A stretch of DNA of 64,000 nt, from IMG/VR virus record IMGVR_UViG_3300044616_001452, one strand, 5' to 3'. Position numbers and translations under genes: made by a program. The notes beneath the pieces were generated by a model that was not told where the DNA came from, made no database searches, and was given only the letters and a program-made list of their open reading frames with translations. Positions 11,101 through 20,911 of the stretch are shown piece after piece (positions within the stretch are counted from its first letter, which is position 1; every line of letters starts with the position of its first letter). The DNA comes from a virus.

Positions 11101-11389
11101 ATTATTGGACATTGCATATGCTGGCGACAATGTTTTCGTTTCAAATGGTGTCAGTGAATTTTATGGGCATATTACATATGTTAGCTATGCGAATGGGGTT
11201 ATTTTTGCAAACACAACAATACCATTCTCATCAAATACGGCCAATGTATCGATAAGAAGAAACTTAACCGTAGCAGCAGAAGATGTTCTAATTTATAATT
11301 ATCTTGGTCAGAGTTATGATTCTGAATTGGTAACACAAGGTGGGCAAACACTTATTACGCAGAGTGGTGACACTCTTATCATAGGATAA
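8177..11389 (+). CDS. gp7: Baseplate wedge initiator (gp7-like)
   Basis: QLPEFI..FIQAYYEWME, YNKKGTPASYEFLFRALYN, YNSFSYQL..LHPSGTK; follows gp6. Confidence 0.75.
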   Translation: MTTDFAKRISLKVAEQLPEFIRSETNYQTFVAFIQAYYEWMEEYNIASGKEGAIRGSQNLLNYRNIDFINPGETYNKFIDYYVNDFLPNFPKDALSDKAKLVKIAKELYNKKGTPASYEFLFRALYNSDSEIFLTREAVFKASDGKWYVSKSLRLASNDEQWLSTDNLRIFGNTSKSFATIERGLYVGNRIELYISNIQRLFESGELVTVVDQNNLPLYFKDSKIVPEGTSGSTTLTAKILGSISSVNINPQKRGQLYKTGDPVIFYGGLNSTDGVGAIAYVNEVTSGSIRAVDVIDGGYGYREDPNTYIRFIGGGGSGAIANVTTVDPAGLINVNFIPTDWLGNYMRSTRIGGSSLVEFIIRDYSANATIITGNVVSTTGLSTGDTLNIVGSNTNLNLNGTYTVTVANSNYFFINNLNSTLTGVWSGLANTGLAYKGTVTNYAFLPANTVATLYANLASSLSFVTLETYPIDTIEVNNGGGGFTSLPTVEAFALYDTLDPEPNQNLKVKGLLGNLGILGPIEIIKPGIGYSNGDKIVFTGGTGVGANANVTVNVGGSITSVEYSYSNTSSQTITYPKGGLGYRKSNLPTLSVVKSDGTPASGSGAELSISGILGDSAVLEGTPDERGIGAITSFFIENYGEDYISAPNVSLRVRDIVVKNVSINDLVKTDEIVYQGSSLQSSVFRANVASINLLESDGNPLDSKYILRVYNYTSNTKTDLQLKVTDRLEGLPNLYLDLVTSYETFDPSGSHIFKNGIRTYGNGAAIATARFLNGLIVGQGQYLNDDGFPSSFQVLENEDYNSFSYQLIVEKSFSAYKEILYSLLHPSGTKVIPINLLKANSKIDTSEEVHYSNTHTLYYYTGNAGTTGNFYASFDKPSNNIIKFIGLSGANLSNIMPVGTTISLTSQNGPNVISEIYSVNDVSGTAVIKDNVFLSFANVATANVTVSNNRINILSFTNQYDLINNGEYSNNQNKLLDIAYAGDNVFVSNGVSEFYGHITYVSYANGVIFANTTIPFSSNTANVSIRRNLTVAAEDVLIYNYLGQSYDSELVTQGGQTLITQSGDTLIIG

Positions 11390-11392
11390 AAA

Positions 11393-12778
11393 ATGTCAAC
11401 AGTTAAATTAACAGAATTACCACTAATTACATCTCTTGATGTAAATGAAAGTAATACAATTTTCGTTGTTGTCGATACAGACTCAGACACTACGGCAAAA
11501 ATAACTTTGTCAACACTTTATTCTAATGTAAATTCTTATTTGACTTCAAATGCAGCTTCAGCAAACGCAGTTATCAATAGTAGAATTACTGCTAACGCTG
11601 ATTCAGCGAATTCAGTTATTAATACCAGAATCACTGCGAATGTGGCAACATTGCGTGGCGAAATTACTGCTAACGCTGATTCAGCGAATTCAGTTATTAA
11701 TACCAGAATCACTGCGAATGTGGCAACATTACGTGGTGAGATTACCGCCAATGCAGCTTCAGCCAATTCGGTTATCAATACAAACATTTCGGCTAATGTT
11801 GCGACATTACGTGGTGAGATCACTGCTAACGCTGATTCAGCGAATTCAGTTATTAATACCAGAATCACGGCTAATGCTACAAGTACAAATGCATTTGCAA
11901 ACCTTGCTTTTACTAAAGCAAATAACGCAATAGCAAATACTGGTGGCGTATACACAGCAGGAGATTTTTACATTTCAGGTGATGGTTTTGTAAACGGTAC
12001 ATTCACATTAGCCAATTCAAATTTTGGTGCAACAGAATCAGCAATGACAATCACTGCAACAGGAACAGTTCAAACTGTTTCTCAAGCAGGAACAATGTTA
12101 CATATTACTGGAAAAGCAAACACTCCTTCAAGGATTATTTTTGATTCTTTTAGCACAGACGGTTCAGCATATAGCATAGTTGCAGGAAGAACCGCTCGTG
12201 GTACTGTTGTATCTCCGACAGCAACACAGAACAATGACGTTCTAATGCGTTTTGCAGGTAACGGTTGGGGTACAACAGGATTTGCACCTCTTGGTGTTGC
12301 GCGTATTGATATTGTTGCATCAGAAAATTACACTGATTCAGCTCGTGGATCGAGAATTCTATTTTATAATATAGCAAATGGTTCAAACACTGTACACGAG
12401 ATTGCTTCTTTCAATGCGGAGACGGTGCAATTTGATGGTACGGTTCAACCCAACAAAGGTTTCATTTATGTTCCAACAATTTTAGAGGGATCGCAAACTG
12501 CATTTACGATTAATTTTTCGACAACATCATTAATCAAATGTAATATTGCAGCAGATTGCGCGATAACGCTTTCCAATTATGTACATGGTAAAGTTGTAGA
12601 AGTTTGGATTACAAATACCTCTGGCTCAAATAGAACAGTTACACATGGTTGTATGGCAATAAATTCTACGGTAAATTCTACAACCGTTACGGTACCTTCA
12701 ACAAGTTCAGCTTACTTACGTTACTTTAGTATTGATGGTGATAATGCAAACACTTTTGTTGCCATTCAAAGTGCATAA
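11393..12778 (+). CDS. Fibre-like structural protein with coiled-coil repeats
   Basis: N-terminal VKLTELP motif; 26-aa tandem repeats; beta-rich C-terminus. Confidence 0.6.
   Translation: MSTVKLTELPLITSLDVNESNTIFVVVDTDSDTTAKITLSTLYSNVNSYLTSNAASANAVINSRITANADSANSVINTRITANVATLRGEITANADSANSVINTRITANVATLRGEITANAASANSVINTNISANVATLRGEITANADSANSVINTRITANATSTNAFANLAFTKANNAIANTGGVYTAGDFYISGDGFVNGTFTLANSNFGATESAMTITATGTVQTVSQAGTMLHITGKANTPSRIIFDSFSTDGSAYSIVAGRTARGTVVSPTATQNNDVLMRFAGNGWGTTGFAPLGVARIDIVASENYTDSARGSRILFYNIANGSNTVHEIASFNAETVQFDGTVQPNKGFIYVPTILEGSQTAFTINFSTTSLIKCNIAADCAITLSNYVHGKVVEVWITNTSGSNRTVTHGCMAINSTVNSTTVTVPSTSSAYLRYFSIDGDNANTFVAIQSA
11540..11880 (+). repeat. 78-bp (26-aa) tandem repeat, about 4 copies: ITANADSANSVINTRITANVATLRGE
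   Basis: Unit starts at 11585, 11663, 11741 and 11819. Confidence 0.9.
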
Positions 12779-12790
12779 TAGGAAATAAAA

Positions 12791-14158
12791 ATGACACAGC
12801 TACTAACAATATACAATGGGCGTTTTAATACTGGTTCAATATACTATGCTCCAACGGCGACGATACCAGTGACAGGCGATGTTGTAGGTTCAATATATTG
12901 TTTTCTATCAAAAGTTTTACCATGGCCTAATGAGGCTTCACCACAAACACCCACTCAAGATCAAAAATATTTGAAGTCTGTTTTTAAAAACATGTTCGCA
13001 GCTAAACATGTCACGACAAATAACATATCTTTAGTTTTAGAGAGAATAAATTGGGCAACTGGTACAGTATATTCCTATTATCGTGATGACCAAAATATGT
13101 TTGAGTTGGACAACAATGGTTTTCTTGTTAAAAAATTCTATATTAAAAATAGATTTGATCAAGTCTTTAAGTGTTTGTGGAACAACGATGGTGGGCAATC
13201 TACGGTAGAACCATACTTCCAACCGGGAACATTTAATGCCAATCAAATATTTCAGGGCGCAGATGATTACAAATGGAAGTACATGTATACCATAACATCT
13301 GGTAACAAACTTAAATTTATGGATGATGATTGGATGCCAGTTCCAATTGGAACAAATATACCAAATCCAGTCAGTACATTTGCAGGTTCAGGAAGTATTG
13401 ATGTTATTAATGTGACCAATGCAGGCTCAGGTTATGATCCAACAAATACAACTGTCACTGTAACCGTAACTGGTGATGGTAGATTTGCTTCTGCAAATGC
13501 AGTATTTTCGGGTAACAATTTAATAGATGTAGCCGTTTCAAACACAGGTTCAAATTATAATTATGCCAATGTAATCATCAGTTCTTCTATCGGCTCAGGT
13601 GCCACTGCTGTTGCATACACTTCTCCACCTGGTGGGCATGGGTATGATCCTGCATCAGAATTAGGTGCAAGAAATGTAATGTTAACAGCCACTTTTAATA
13701 AAGGTGAAAGCGGGAAATTACCCACTGATATAGATTTTAGACAAGTAGGTGTTCTTGTAAATCCTTTTGCATACTATGGTACAACAGTTGACATTGCAAA
13801 TTCTGATTTTTATGATACATCAACCAATTTTACTGTATCACAAGGTTTCGGAGAATATTCACCAGATGAAATAGTATATCAAACTGCAAATAACTCAATC
13901 GACGGTGCCACCTTTACTGCTACGGTTTTAAGTTTTAATACAACTACCAACACATTAAAGCTACTAAATACATTTGGAACGGCAAACAATAATCAAATTT
14001 TATACGGGCAGACAACTCAAACAGCAAGAGTTGTTTTGCAACAACAAACTTCAGAATTTATACCATTTTCAGGTTACTTAATTTACTTGGAAAATAGAGA
14101 GCCTGTAGTAAGAAATGAAGATGGTTCCGAACTCTTCAAGTTAGTTTTAGGATATTAA
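12791..14158 (+). CDS. gp8: Baseplate wedge subunit gp8
   Basis: RINWATGTVYSYY, VFKCLWNN, DDYKWKYMYTI, PPGGHGYD..ELGA, DFRQVG, YLENREPVVR. Confidence 0.88.
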   Translation: MTQLLTIYNGRFNTGSIYYAPTATIPVTGDVVGSIYCFLSKVLPWPNEASPQTPTQDQKYLKSVFKNMFAAKHVTTNNISLVLERINWATGTVYSYYRDDQNMFELDNNGFLVKKFYIKNRFDQVFKCLWNNDGGQSTVEPYFQPGTFNANQIFQGADDYKWKYMYTITSGNKLKFMDDDWMPVPIGTNIPNPVSTFAGSGSIDVINVTNAGSGYDPTNTTVTVTVTGDGRFASANAVFSGNNLIDVAVSNTGSNYNYANVIISSSIGSGATAVAYTSPPGGHGYDPASELGARNVMLTATFNKGESGKLPTDIDFRQVGVLVNPFAYYGTTVDIANSDFYDTSTNFTVSQGFGEYSPDEIVYQTANNSIDGATFTATVLSFNTTTNTLKLLNTFGTANNNQILYGQTTQTARVVLQQQTSEFIPFSGYLIYLENREPVVRNEDGSELFKLVLGY

Positions 14159-14167
14159 AGGACAGAA

Positions 14168-17100
14168 ATGCTTAACTTCAACGTTGATCCTTATTACGAC
14201 GATTTCGATCCCAATAAGAATTACCATAGAATTCTTTTTAAACCTGGTCGTGCAGTTCAAGCAAGAGAATTAACACAGTCACAGACTATACTACAAGATC
14301 AGATAACAAAATTTGCAAACCATATTTTTAAACAAAATACTCCTGTCACTGGTGGGCAAGTAACTGTCAATAATAATTCAATCTATATAAAACTAAACTC
14401 AACTTATAATGATAATGACGTTGTTGCAGCGGACTTTTTAAATCAAATTATTACTGATTCAACAGGTACCATATTTGCAAAAGTTGTTGCTATAGAAGAA
14501 GCCACATCAGCCGATCCTCCTACTTTGTATGTAACGTATCTTTCTGGGCGACAATTCTCAGCCTCAGATGTAATTATTACCACAACAACCTCAGTTAGCG
14601 CAGAGATTGCTCCTTCTAATTTTACTGGCTTTGCAACAACAGCATCTATAGCAGAGGGTGTTTTCTATATTATTAATGGCTATACCTTTTCAGACATACA
14701 AAACGAAGATGGTACCTATTCAAAATATTCTATAGGTAATTTTGTTTCGGTTCAACCTCAAACAATTGTTGTTCAAAAATATTCCAATACTCCAACAAAA
14801 AGAGTTGGCTTAGATATTTCAGAATACATTTCTGATTACATTAGTGATTCTTCATTGTTAGATCCAGCCGTAGGTGCAACTAATTACCAAGCTCCCGGTG
14901 CAGATCGCTATACAATTAAATTAAGTCTGACAACAAAAGAAATTACTGATTCTAACGACAGTAATTTCATTGAGCTTGTAAGAATTACAAATGGTATTAT
15001 ACAAAGACTTGTTAATGGAACAGTTTATGCAACGATTGATGATTATTTTGCAAAACGTACCTATGATACCAATGGTGATTTCATTGTCAGCGACTTCAAA
15101 TTAACACCAAAAGCTAACACGAGCAACAGTAGCACCTATCAGGTTCAAGTTGGAGCAGGTGTTGCATACGTAAAAGGCTACAGAGTAGAATCTTATCTGG
15201 ATACAACTCTAGAAACCTCTAGAGCAAGAACAACAGAGACTTTAAATAATGCAAGAATTACTACAGATTATGGTAATTATGTTTATGTTAATAACATAGA
15301 CGGGGTTTTTGATGTAACCAAAGTTATTTCTGTAGATTTTCATGCAATTAATGTTAACTCAGCTATTGTAACTACAAATACAACAACATACAACTCAACA
15401 AAAGTTGGCTCTGCTTTACTTCGTGGTTTAGAATTTGAAAATGCGTCAGACAATGCAAACACACAAACATATATTTACAAGGCATACTTGTCTGAAATAC
15501 AAACAAACACTCTCAGCACAAATGCTGCATCGGCAACTGTTAGTACGATAACATTATTTGATCAGAATGGCAAATTTACCTCTCATGCAAATGCTTATTA
15601 CGATTCAACAGTCACAATAGATTCTGGACCTTCAGCAGGCGATTCACGTAAAGTTGTTTCATATAACGGTTCAACAAAAACTATTACTGTTAGCCCTGCG
15701 TTTAGTGTTTTGCCAACAACTGCGTCGAATTTAACTTTTAGATTTGCTGTAAGTGATTTTGATCTGATGGCAGCGCCAACAACAAGTGGCTTTGCAGTAG
15801 AATCAACCGCAGGTATTGATCCATCAAGTAAAACAGATGGTATTATCACTGGCGTATCTAATTTCCCCACAGTCATATCAAACCCAACAACACCAGAACT
15901 TATATTCCCTGTGGGATTTAATTATGTAAGTGGTTTAGATGACGAGAGTTATAATTCTTGGAAGATGAGCAGAAATGTCAACTTCGCAACTGGTGTTGCT
16001 TCATTCAATTTAACTGGATCTGATCTCACTTTTGCTGGAACTGTAGGCACTCAAAGCGCATCTGATGCAAAAGATAATTGGCTCGTTGTTGTGACTGTTG
16101 CTGGAGGTTCTTTTAGTGTTGGTGATGTTATTAGTTTTACAAGCACAAATACAATATCATTAGATGCAAATAAAAAAATTGCAACTCTTACGGCAGGTGG
16201 TACAACATTTAGTGGCACTATCTTAGCGAGAACTATTATAAATGATGCAGGAACATCAGATGCATTAAAGATAAAAAATCTTTTTGAAGCAAATACAACA
16301 GGTGTAAATTTAACTGGAACAAATGTTGGTGGTGTAAGAGTTGATTTGACAGAAGCACAAGTTTATATTCCAAATGCAAACATAGTAACACCAGGCAACA
16401 AACAATCTCTTTACATTTCAGACGTTAAAAGAATTGTTAAAATAATTGACACGGGAGAACGATCTACTGCTCCAACAGATGCAATGTTAACGAATAGCGC
16501 GTATGATGTTACGAACAATTATAGTTTTGACAATGGGCAAAATGATGCTTACTATGGGCATGGATCTATTACTCTTCGAACTGGTGCACCTAAACCATCA
16601 GGAGCGTTACTAGTATTACTTGATTACTATCAACATGCTGGAGGTGACGGTTACTTTAGCGTGAAGTCATACTTGGGAGCAGGTGATGGTGGTGATTCTA
16701 CCAGCCCAGAAAATTATTCTGAAATTGGAACATACACAAGTAAAGCAGGTGTGACATACGAACTAAGAGATTGTATAGATTTCAGGCTTTCAGCTAAAAA
16801 TGCTCAAGCAGCATTAGAGTTTAGATATTCAACCTCAGTAACCGGAACGGGTGGAGCATTAATACCAGTTGATAGAGGTGATTTTGTAACAGATTATTCA
16901 CATTATCTAGGAAGAAACGATATCATTGTTTTAACTAAAGATAATACATTTAAATTACTAACAGGAAAACCATCTAATGTACCAACCTTTCCTTTACAAC
17001 CAGATGGAAGTTTACTCCTTGCTCAATTAACTTTGGATCCTTACACATCATATTTACCTGGTGAGGAGACTGGTAAACTAACAAATCTTTCAATGGTAAA

Positions 17101-20100
17101 AGTTCAACATCGTCGTTGGAGAATGCAGGATATTTCAGGGCTTCAATCTAGAGTAAGCAATATTGAATATTATACTTCATTAAGTTTACTTGAAAAACAA
17201 GCAGCCGACTTACAAGTGCCAGATTCTAATGGGCTAAACAGATTTAAAAATGGTATTCTTGTAGATAATTTTACAGGATTCTCCACTGCATTTACGGACA
17301 GTGAATATTATAATGCAAAAATTAACAAACGTTTAACAACAATGAGTTCAACCGAATGGATGTTAAACGTACCTCTTGTCTCAAAAGATATATTAAATTC
17401 ATATGGCAACTTATCAACTAGCGCACAGAGCAATCTAAGTTATAGATATCATAGTAAAACTGGAGGTGCGTCATCTGTATTTACTTTGCCATATACGAGT
17501 GCAAATTTAGTTATACAAAAACTTGCAAGCAGTACGGTAAGTTTAAATCCTTTTGCAGTCGCAATTAGTGAGGGTGTATTAAATATTAATCCTCCGATGG
17601 ATATGTGGGTTTCGGCAGGAAAGGATCCAGATGTTCTAATTGTTTTACCAGGAGCCACCTTATATCAACAAGGCACAACTTTAAATAAATTATCTGCGTC
17701 CGATTGGCAAGGTGTATCAGGTACAACATATACAAGCACCACATCATCAGGTCGAACAGTAACAGTTCAGACATACCAAGATCAACAGAGAAGTACGTTA
17801 ACAGGTTATTATGACCAAGTTAATTCAATCAATGGTAATTTTATTACAGATGTTTCTATTCAACCATATATCAGGTCTCAAAATTTAATATTGAGAGGCA
17901 AGGGCTTAAAAATTAATACACCTGTGTCCGTCTATTTCGATGAACAAAAAGTTGATCAGTATCTAATTCAACCTAATATTATCAATCTTACTAATGTCAC
18001 TGGAACTTTTGAAGAAGGTGAAACTATAGGTTACTTTACAGGTGGTACATTTTATCCGACAGGGCGTATTGTCACAGTAACAAAAACATCTTCTACGACT
18101 GTAAGATTATACGTTTCCTCAGATAAGTCAACAACTTCTTATAGCGCAACAAATACTTTACAAAATGCGAGATTCGATCAAAATGGTACCTATAGTGGTT
18201 TTACTGCATCAGGATCATATACGAGTGCAGCCGCACAATTAATTTCATTAAGCGGTAAGATGCAAACTTACACAGGTGGTTCATCAACAAGCTTCGATGG
18301 TGGAGGGCAATATGCAAGTGGTGTAACTTCCATTACTTTACAAGCAACTGCATCTGCAACAAATAATTTTTATAATGGATCAACCATTCGATTCACAACA
18401 TATAAACAAACCGCAATTACAACAACTGTGGCTGGGCGAGGTTGGATAGTAGTATGCGTTGGTGAAGAATCTTGTTGGTGGACGTATGAAGAAGATACAA
18501 CAACAACTCGTTATGAATTAGTAACTGAAACTTATACAGCAGTTATTAGTGCATATAATGGCACAACTAAAGTTGCAACATTATCAACTTCAGTCAATGT
18601 TTCATTAGGTATTAATAATGGTAGTGATATCACATCATTATATTCCATTAACGGTACAACTTATTTAATGACACAGGCATTTTCATCAGCAGCAGCTCCA
18701 AGATTATCAACAGATGAAAATGGAAACTTTGCTGCAATTTTACAATTGCCAAACTCTACATTTAGAACTGGTGACAGAGTTGTAAGAATAGACAACAGAA
18801 CAACAGATGATGATCCTGATACAGCAACAACCTTTGCGCAAGCCATTTTTACGGCATCTTCTTTATCTACAAAAAGTCAGAGTTTAAATTTTGGTGGTAC
18901 AATACAAGCTGCCGCAAAAAGTACAGTATTTTCATCAATTGAACAAAGAAATAATATCCTTATTGATCAATATTCATACACTGTTGATCCAATAGCACAA
19001 ACATTTATGATTGATAACGATACGTATCCAAATGGAGCTTTCTTAAAATCTATAAAAGTTTTCTTTAAGAGTAAGCCATCTCAATCATCGGCAGTTCCAG
19101 TTAGGATGTTTATCGTTGACACACTTAATGGATATCCTAGTGGGCAAGTGTTAGACAATTCTCTTATTGTTAAAACAGTTCAAGAAATTAATACCTCTGA
19201 TACACCACATTATTTGAATGCAAACACTGCTACTGAATTTGAATTTGAATCGCCTGTTTACATAAGATCAGGTAATCTATACGCATTTGTTCTTCAGACA
19301 ACAAGCCCCGATTATGTAGTATGGCTAGCAACACAAAATGGTGAGGCTTTACCTTCAACAGTAAAAGCATTGCCAACTGATCCCACACCTTCAACTATTA
19401 CAAAAATAGGTGGTTCACCATATATTGGTGCATTATTTGAATCGCAAAATGGTATTACATGGACGGCGGATCAAACAAAAAATCTAATGTTCACAGTTGA
19501 AAACTGTATTTTTGATATTGCTGCTCAACCTACAATTCAATTTATTGTACCTAAAAAAATTCCTATGAGAAAAATGGTTGATGTTGATTTACAATATTTG
19601 GATAATGCAAATACTGTATCTGCTGTTAATGGTATTTTCCTTCGCAAAGATGTGGAATATGATGCGCTTAATATAACTACTGTAGACTTTGAACCTACCG
19701 ATACAAGTATTTCCTATACTTACACACCATCTTTATACTCTTCTTATTCATCAGATTCAACAAAGGTCGTTGAGCCTGGTAAATTTGCAACAACAATGAT
19801 AGATCAAATCTATCTTGATGATGGAAAAGGAACTAGAGTATTAGATTCAAATTCAAACACTTCGTTTATTTTAACAGCATCACTTACTACAACAGACAAG
19901 TATGTTTCTCCAGTAATATCAGATGATGGGCTTTCATTATATGTTGTAAAAAATGTTGTTAACGACATGAACATTTCTAATACTGATATTACGGTAACAA
20001 GCGGTAATGTTGCTGGAGTTACAGCCATATATACCACTGCGCCAGCGGTTACAATTTCTGCCCCAACCGCATCAGATGGAACACAAGCATATGCGACAGC

Positions 20101-20680
20101 AAATCTTTCACCGATAGGGTCCGGTAATTATATTGTTGATAAAATTAATGTAACAAGTGGTGGTTCTGGTTATATTACCACACCAACTATTACTATCGCA
20201 GCAAACGGAGGTGGTTATCTTGCTACTGCTTCAGTAGCAGGTGAAACCTCATCGCAGGGTGGTAACGGTTTAGCTAGATATATAACAAAGAATGTTGTTC
20301 TAACTCCAGAAAATGATTCGGGTGATCTAAGAGTGTACTATACTGCTTATAAACCTGTTGGTTCTAAGATATTGGTCTACTATAAGATATTGAATAGAAG
20401 TGATACTCAAAAATTTGATGATCAAAATTGGCAATTAATGACAGAAATAAATGCTGGTTCTAATTCATTCTCCTTGAATCGTGATGATCTGAGAGAATAT
20501 GTTTCCGCACCAGGTTCAGGTGGTGTGCCTGATAATTTTATAAGTTATACAAGTACAAGTGGTATTACATACAACAATTTCAGTCAGTTTGCAATTAAAA
20601 TAGTTCTTGCAACTTCGGATTCAACAAGAACCCCTGTGCTCCATGATTTAAGGGTATTAGCTCTTCCTTCTGGTGCTTAA
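14168..20680 (+). CDS. Large virion structural protein (VrlC/DUF4815-like)
   Basis: FNVDPYYDDFD..YHRILFKPGRAVQARELTQSQTILQ, APGADRY, NRFKNGILVDNF, DPIAQTF, C-terminal FAIKIVL..DLRVLAL; typical of T4-like cyanophage-group genomes after gp8. Confidence 0.8.
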   Translation: MLNFNVDPYYDDFDPNKNYHRILFKPGRAVQARELTQSQTILQDQITKFANHIFKQNTPVTGGQVTVNNNSIYIKLNSTYNDNDVVAADFLNQIITDSTGTIFAKVVAIEEATSADPPTLYVTYLSGRQFSASDVIITTTTSVSAEIAPSNFTGFATTASIAEGVFYIINGYTFSDIQNEDGTYSKYSIGNFVSVQPQTIVVQKYSNTPTKRVGLDISEYISDYISDSSLLDPAVGATNYQAPGADRYTIKLSLTTKEITDSNDSNFIELVRITNGIIQRLVNGTVYATIDDYFAKRTYDTNGDFIVSDFKLTPKANTSNSSTYQVQVGAGVAYVKGYRVESYLDTTLETSRARTTETLNNARITTDYGNYVYVNNIDGVFDVTKVISVDFHAINVNSAIVTTNTTTYNSTKVGSALLRGLEFENASDNANTQTYIYKAYLSEIQTNTLSTNAASATVSTITLFDQNGKFTSHANAYYDSTVTIDSGPSAGDSRKVVSYNGSTKTITVSPAFSVLPTTASNLTFRFAVSDFDLMAAPTTSGFAVESTAGIDPSSKTDGIITGVSNFPTVISNPTTPELIFPVGFNYVSGLDDESYNSWKMSRNVNFATGVASFNLTGSDLTFAGTVGTQSASDAKDNWLVVVTVAGGSFSVGDVISFTSTNTISLDANKKIATLTAGGTTFSGTILARTIINDAGTSDALKIKNLFEANTTGVNLTGTNVGGVRVDLTEAQVYIPNANIVTPGNKQSLYISDVKRIVKIIDTGERSTAPTDAMLTNSAYDVTNNYSFDNGQNDAYYGHGSITLRTGAPKPSGALLVLLDYYQHAGGDGYFSVKSYLGAGDGGDSTSPENYSEIGTYTSKAGVTYELRDCIDFRLSAKNAQAALEFRYSTSVTGTGGALIPVDRGDFVTDYSHYLGRNDIIVLTKDNTFKLLTGKPSNVPTFPLQPDGSLLLAQLTLDPYTSYLPGEETGKLTNLSMVKVQHRRWRMQDISGLQSRVSNIEYYTSLSLLEKQAADLQVPDSNGLNRFKNGILVDNFTGFSTAFTDSEYYNAKINKRLTTMSSTEWMLNVPLVSKDILNSYGNLSTSAQSNLSYRYHSKTGGASSVFTLPYTSANLVIQKLASSTVSLNPFAVAISEGVLNINPPMDMWVSAGKDPDVLIVLPGATLYQQGTTLNKLSASDWQGVSGTTYTSTTSSGRTVTVQTYQDQQRSTLTGYYDQVNSINGNFITDVSIQPYIRSQNLILRGKGLKINTPVSVYFDEQKVDQYLIQPNIINLTNVTGTFEEGETIGYFTGGTFYPTGRIVTVTKTSSTTVRLYVSSDKSTTSYSATNTLQNARFDQNGTYSGFTASGSYTSAAAQLISLSGKMQTYTGGSSTSFDGGGQYASGVTSITLQATASATNNFYNGSTIRFTTYKQTAITTTVAGRGWIVVCVGEESCWWTYEEDTTTTRYELVTETYTAVISAYNGTTKVATLSTSVNVSLGINNGSDITSLYSINGTTYLMTQAFSSAAAPRLSTDENGNFAAILQLPNSTFRTGDRVVRIDNRTTDDDPDTATTFAQAIFTASSLSTKSQSLNFGGTIQAAAKSTVFSSIEQRNNILIDQYSYTVDPIAQTFMIDNDTYPNGAFLKSIKVFFKSKPSQSSAVPVRMFIVDTLNGYPSGQVLDNSLIVKTVQEINTSDTPHYLNANTATEFEFESPVYIRSGNLYAFVLQTTSPDYVVWLATQNGEALPSTVKALPTDPTPSTITKIGGSPYIGALFESQNGITWTADQTKNLMFTVENCIFDIAAQPTIQFIVPKKIPMRKMVDVDLQYLDNANTVSAVNGIFLRKDVEYDALNITTVDFEPTDTSISYTYTPSLYSSYSSDSTKVVEPGKFATTMIDQIYLDDGKGTRVLDSNSNTSFILTASLTTTDKYVSPVISDDGLSLYVVKNVVNDMNISNTDITVTSGNVAGVTAIYTTAPAVTISAPTASDGTQAYATANLSPIGSGNYIVDKINVTSGGSGYITTPTITIAANGGGYLATASVAGETSSQGGNGLARYITKNVVLTPENDSGDLRVYYTAYKPVGSKILVYYKILNRSDTQKFDDQNWQLMTEINAGSNSFSLNRDDLREYVSAPGSGGVPDNFISYTSTSGITYNNFSQFAIKIVLATSDSTRTPVLHDLRVLALPSGA

Positions 20681-20683
20681 TAT

Positions 20684-20911
20684 ATGTTTGTAAATATAAA
20701 AGATGGTAATTATTTACGTGATACAAACTCTATGGCACTGATCAACAATGATCAAAAGGCTAAGCACGAATATTATGAAAAAGCTAGATTATTGAAGTCT
20801 CAAAAGGAAGAAATAAATAACCTTAAAAATGATTTAACTTCTGTAAAAGAAGATGTAAAAGAATTAAAAAATCTAATCATACAATTATTAGGTAAAGAAA
20901 CAAATGGCTAA
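20684..20911 (+). CDS. Small coiled-coil protein
   Basis: [11 protein letters not shown] followed by heptads; usual neighbour of the VrlC-like gene. Confidence 0.7.
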   Translation: MFVNIKDGNYLRDTNSMALINNDQKAKHEYYEKARLLKSQKEEINNLKNDLTSVKEDVKELKNLIIQLLGKETNG

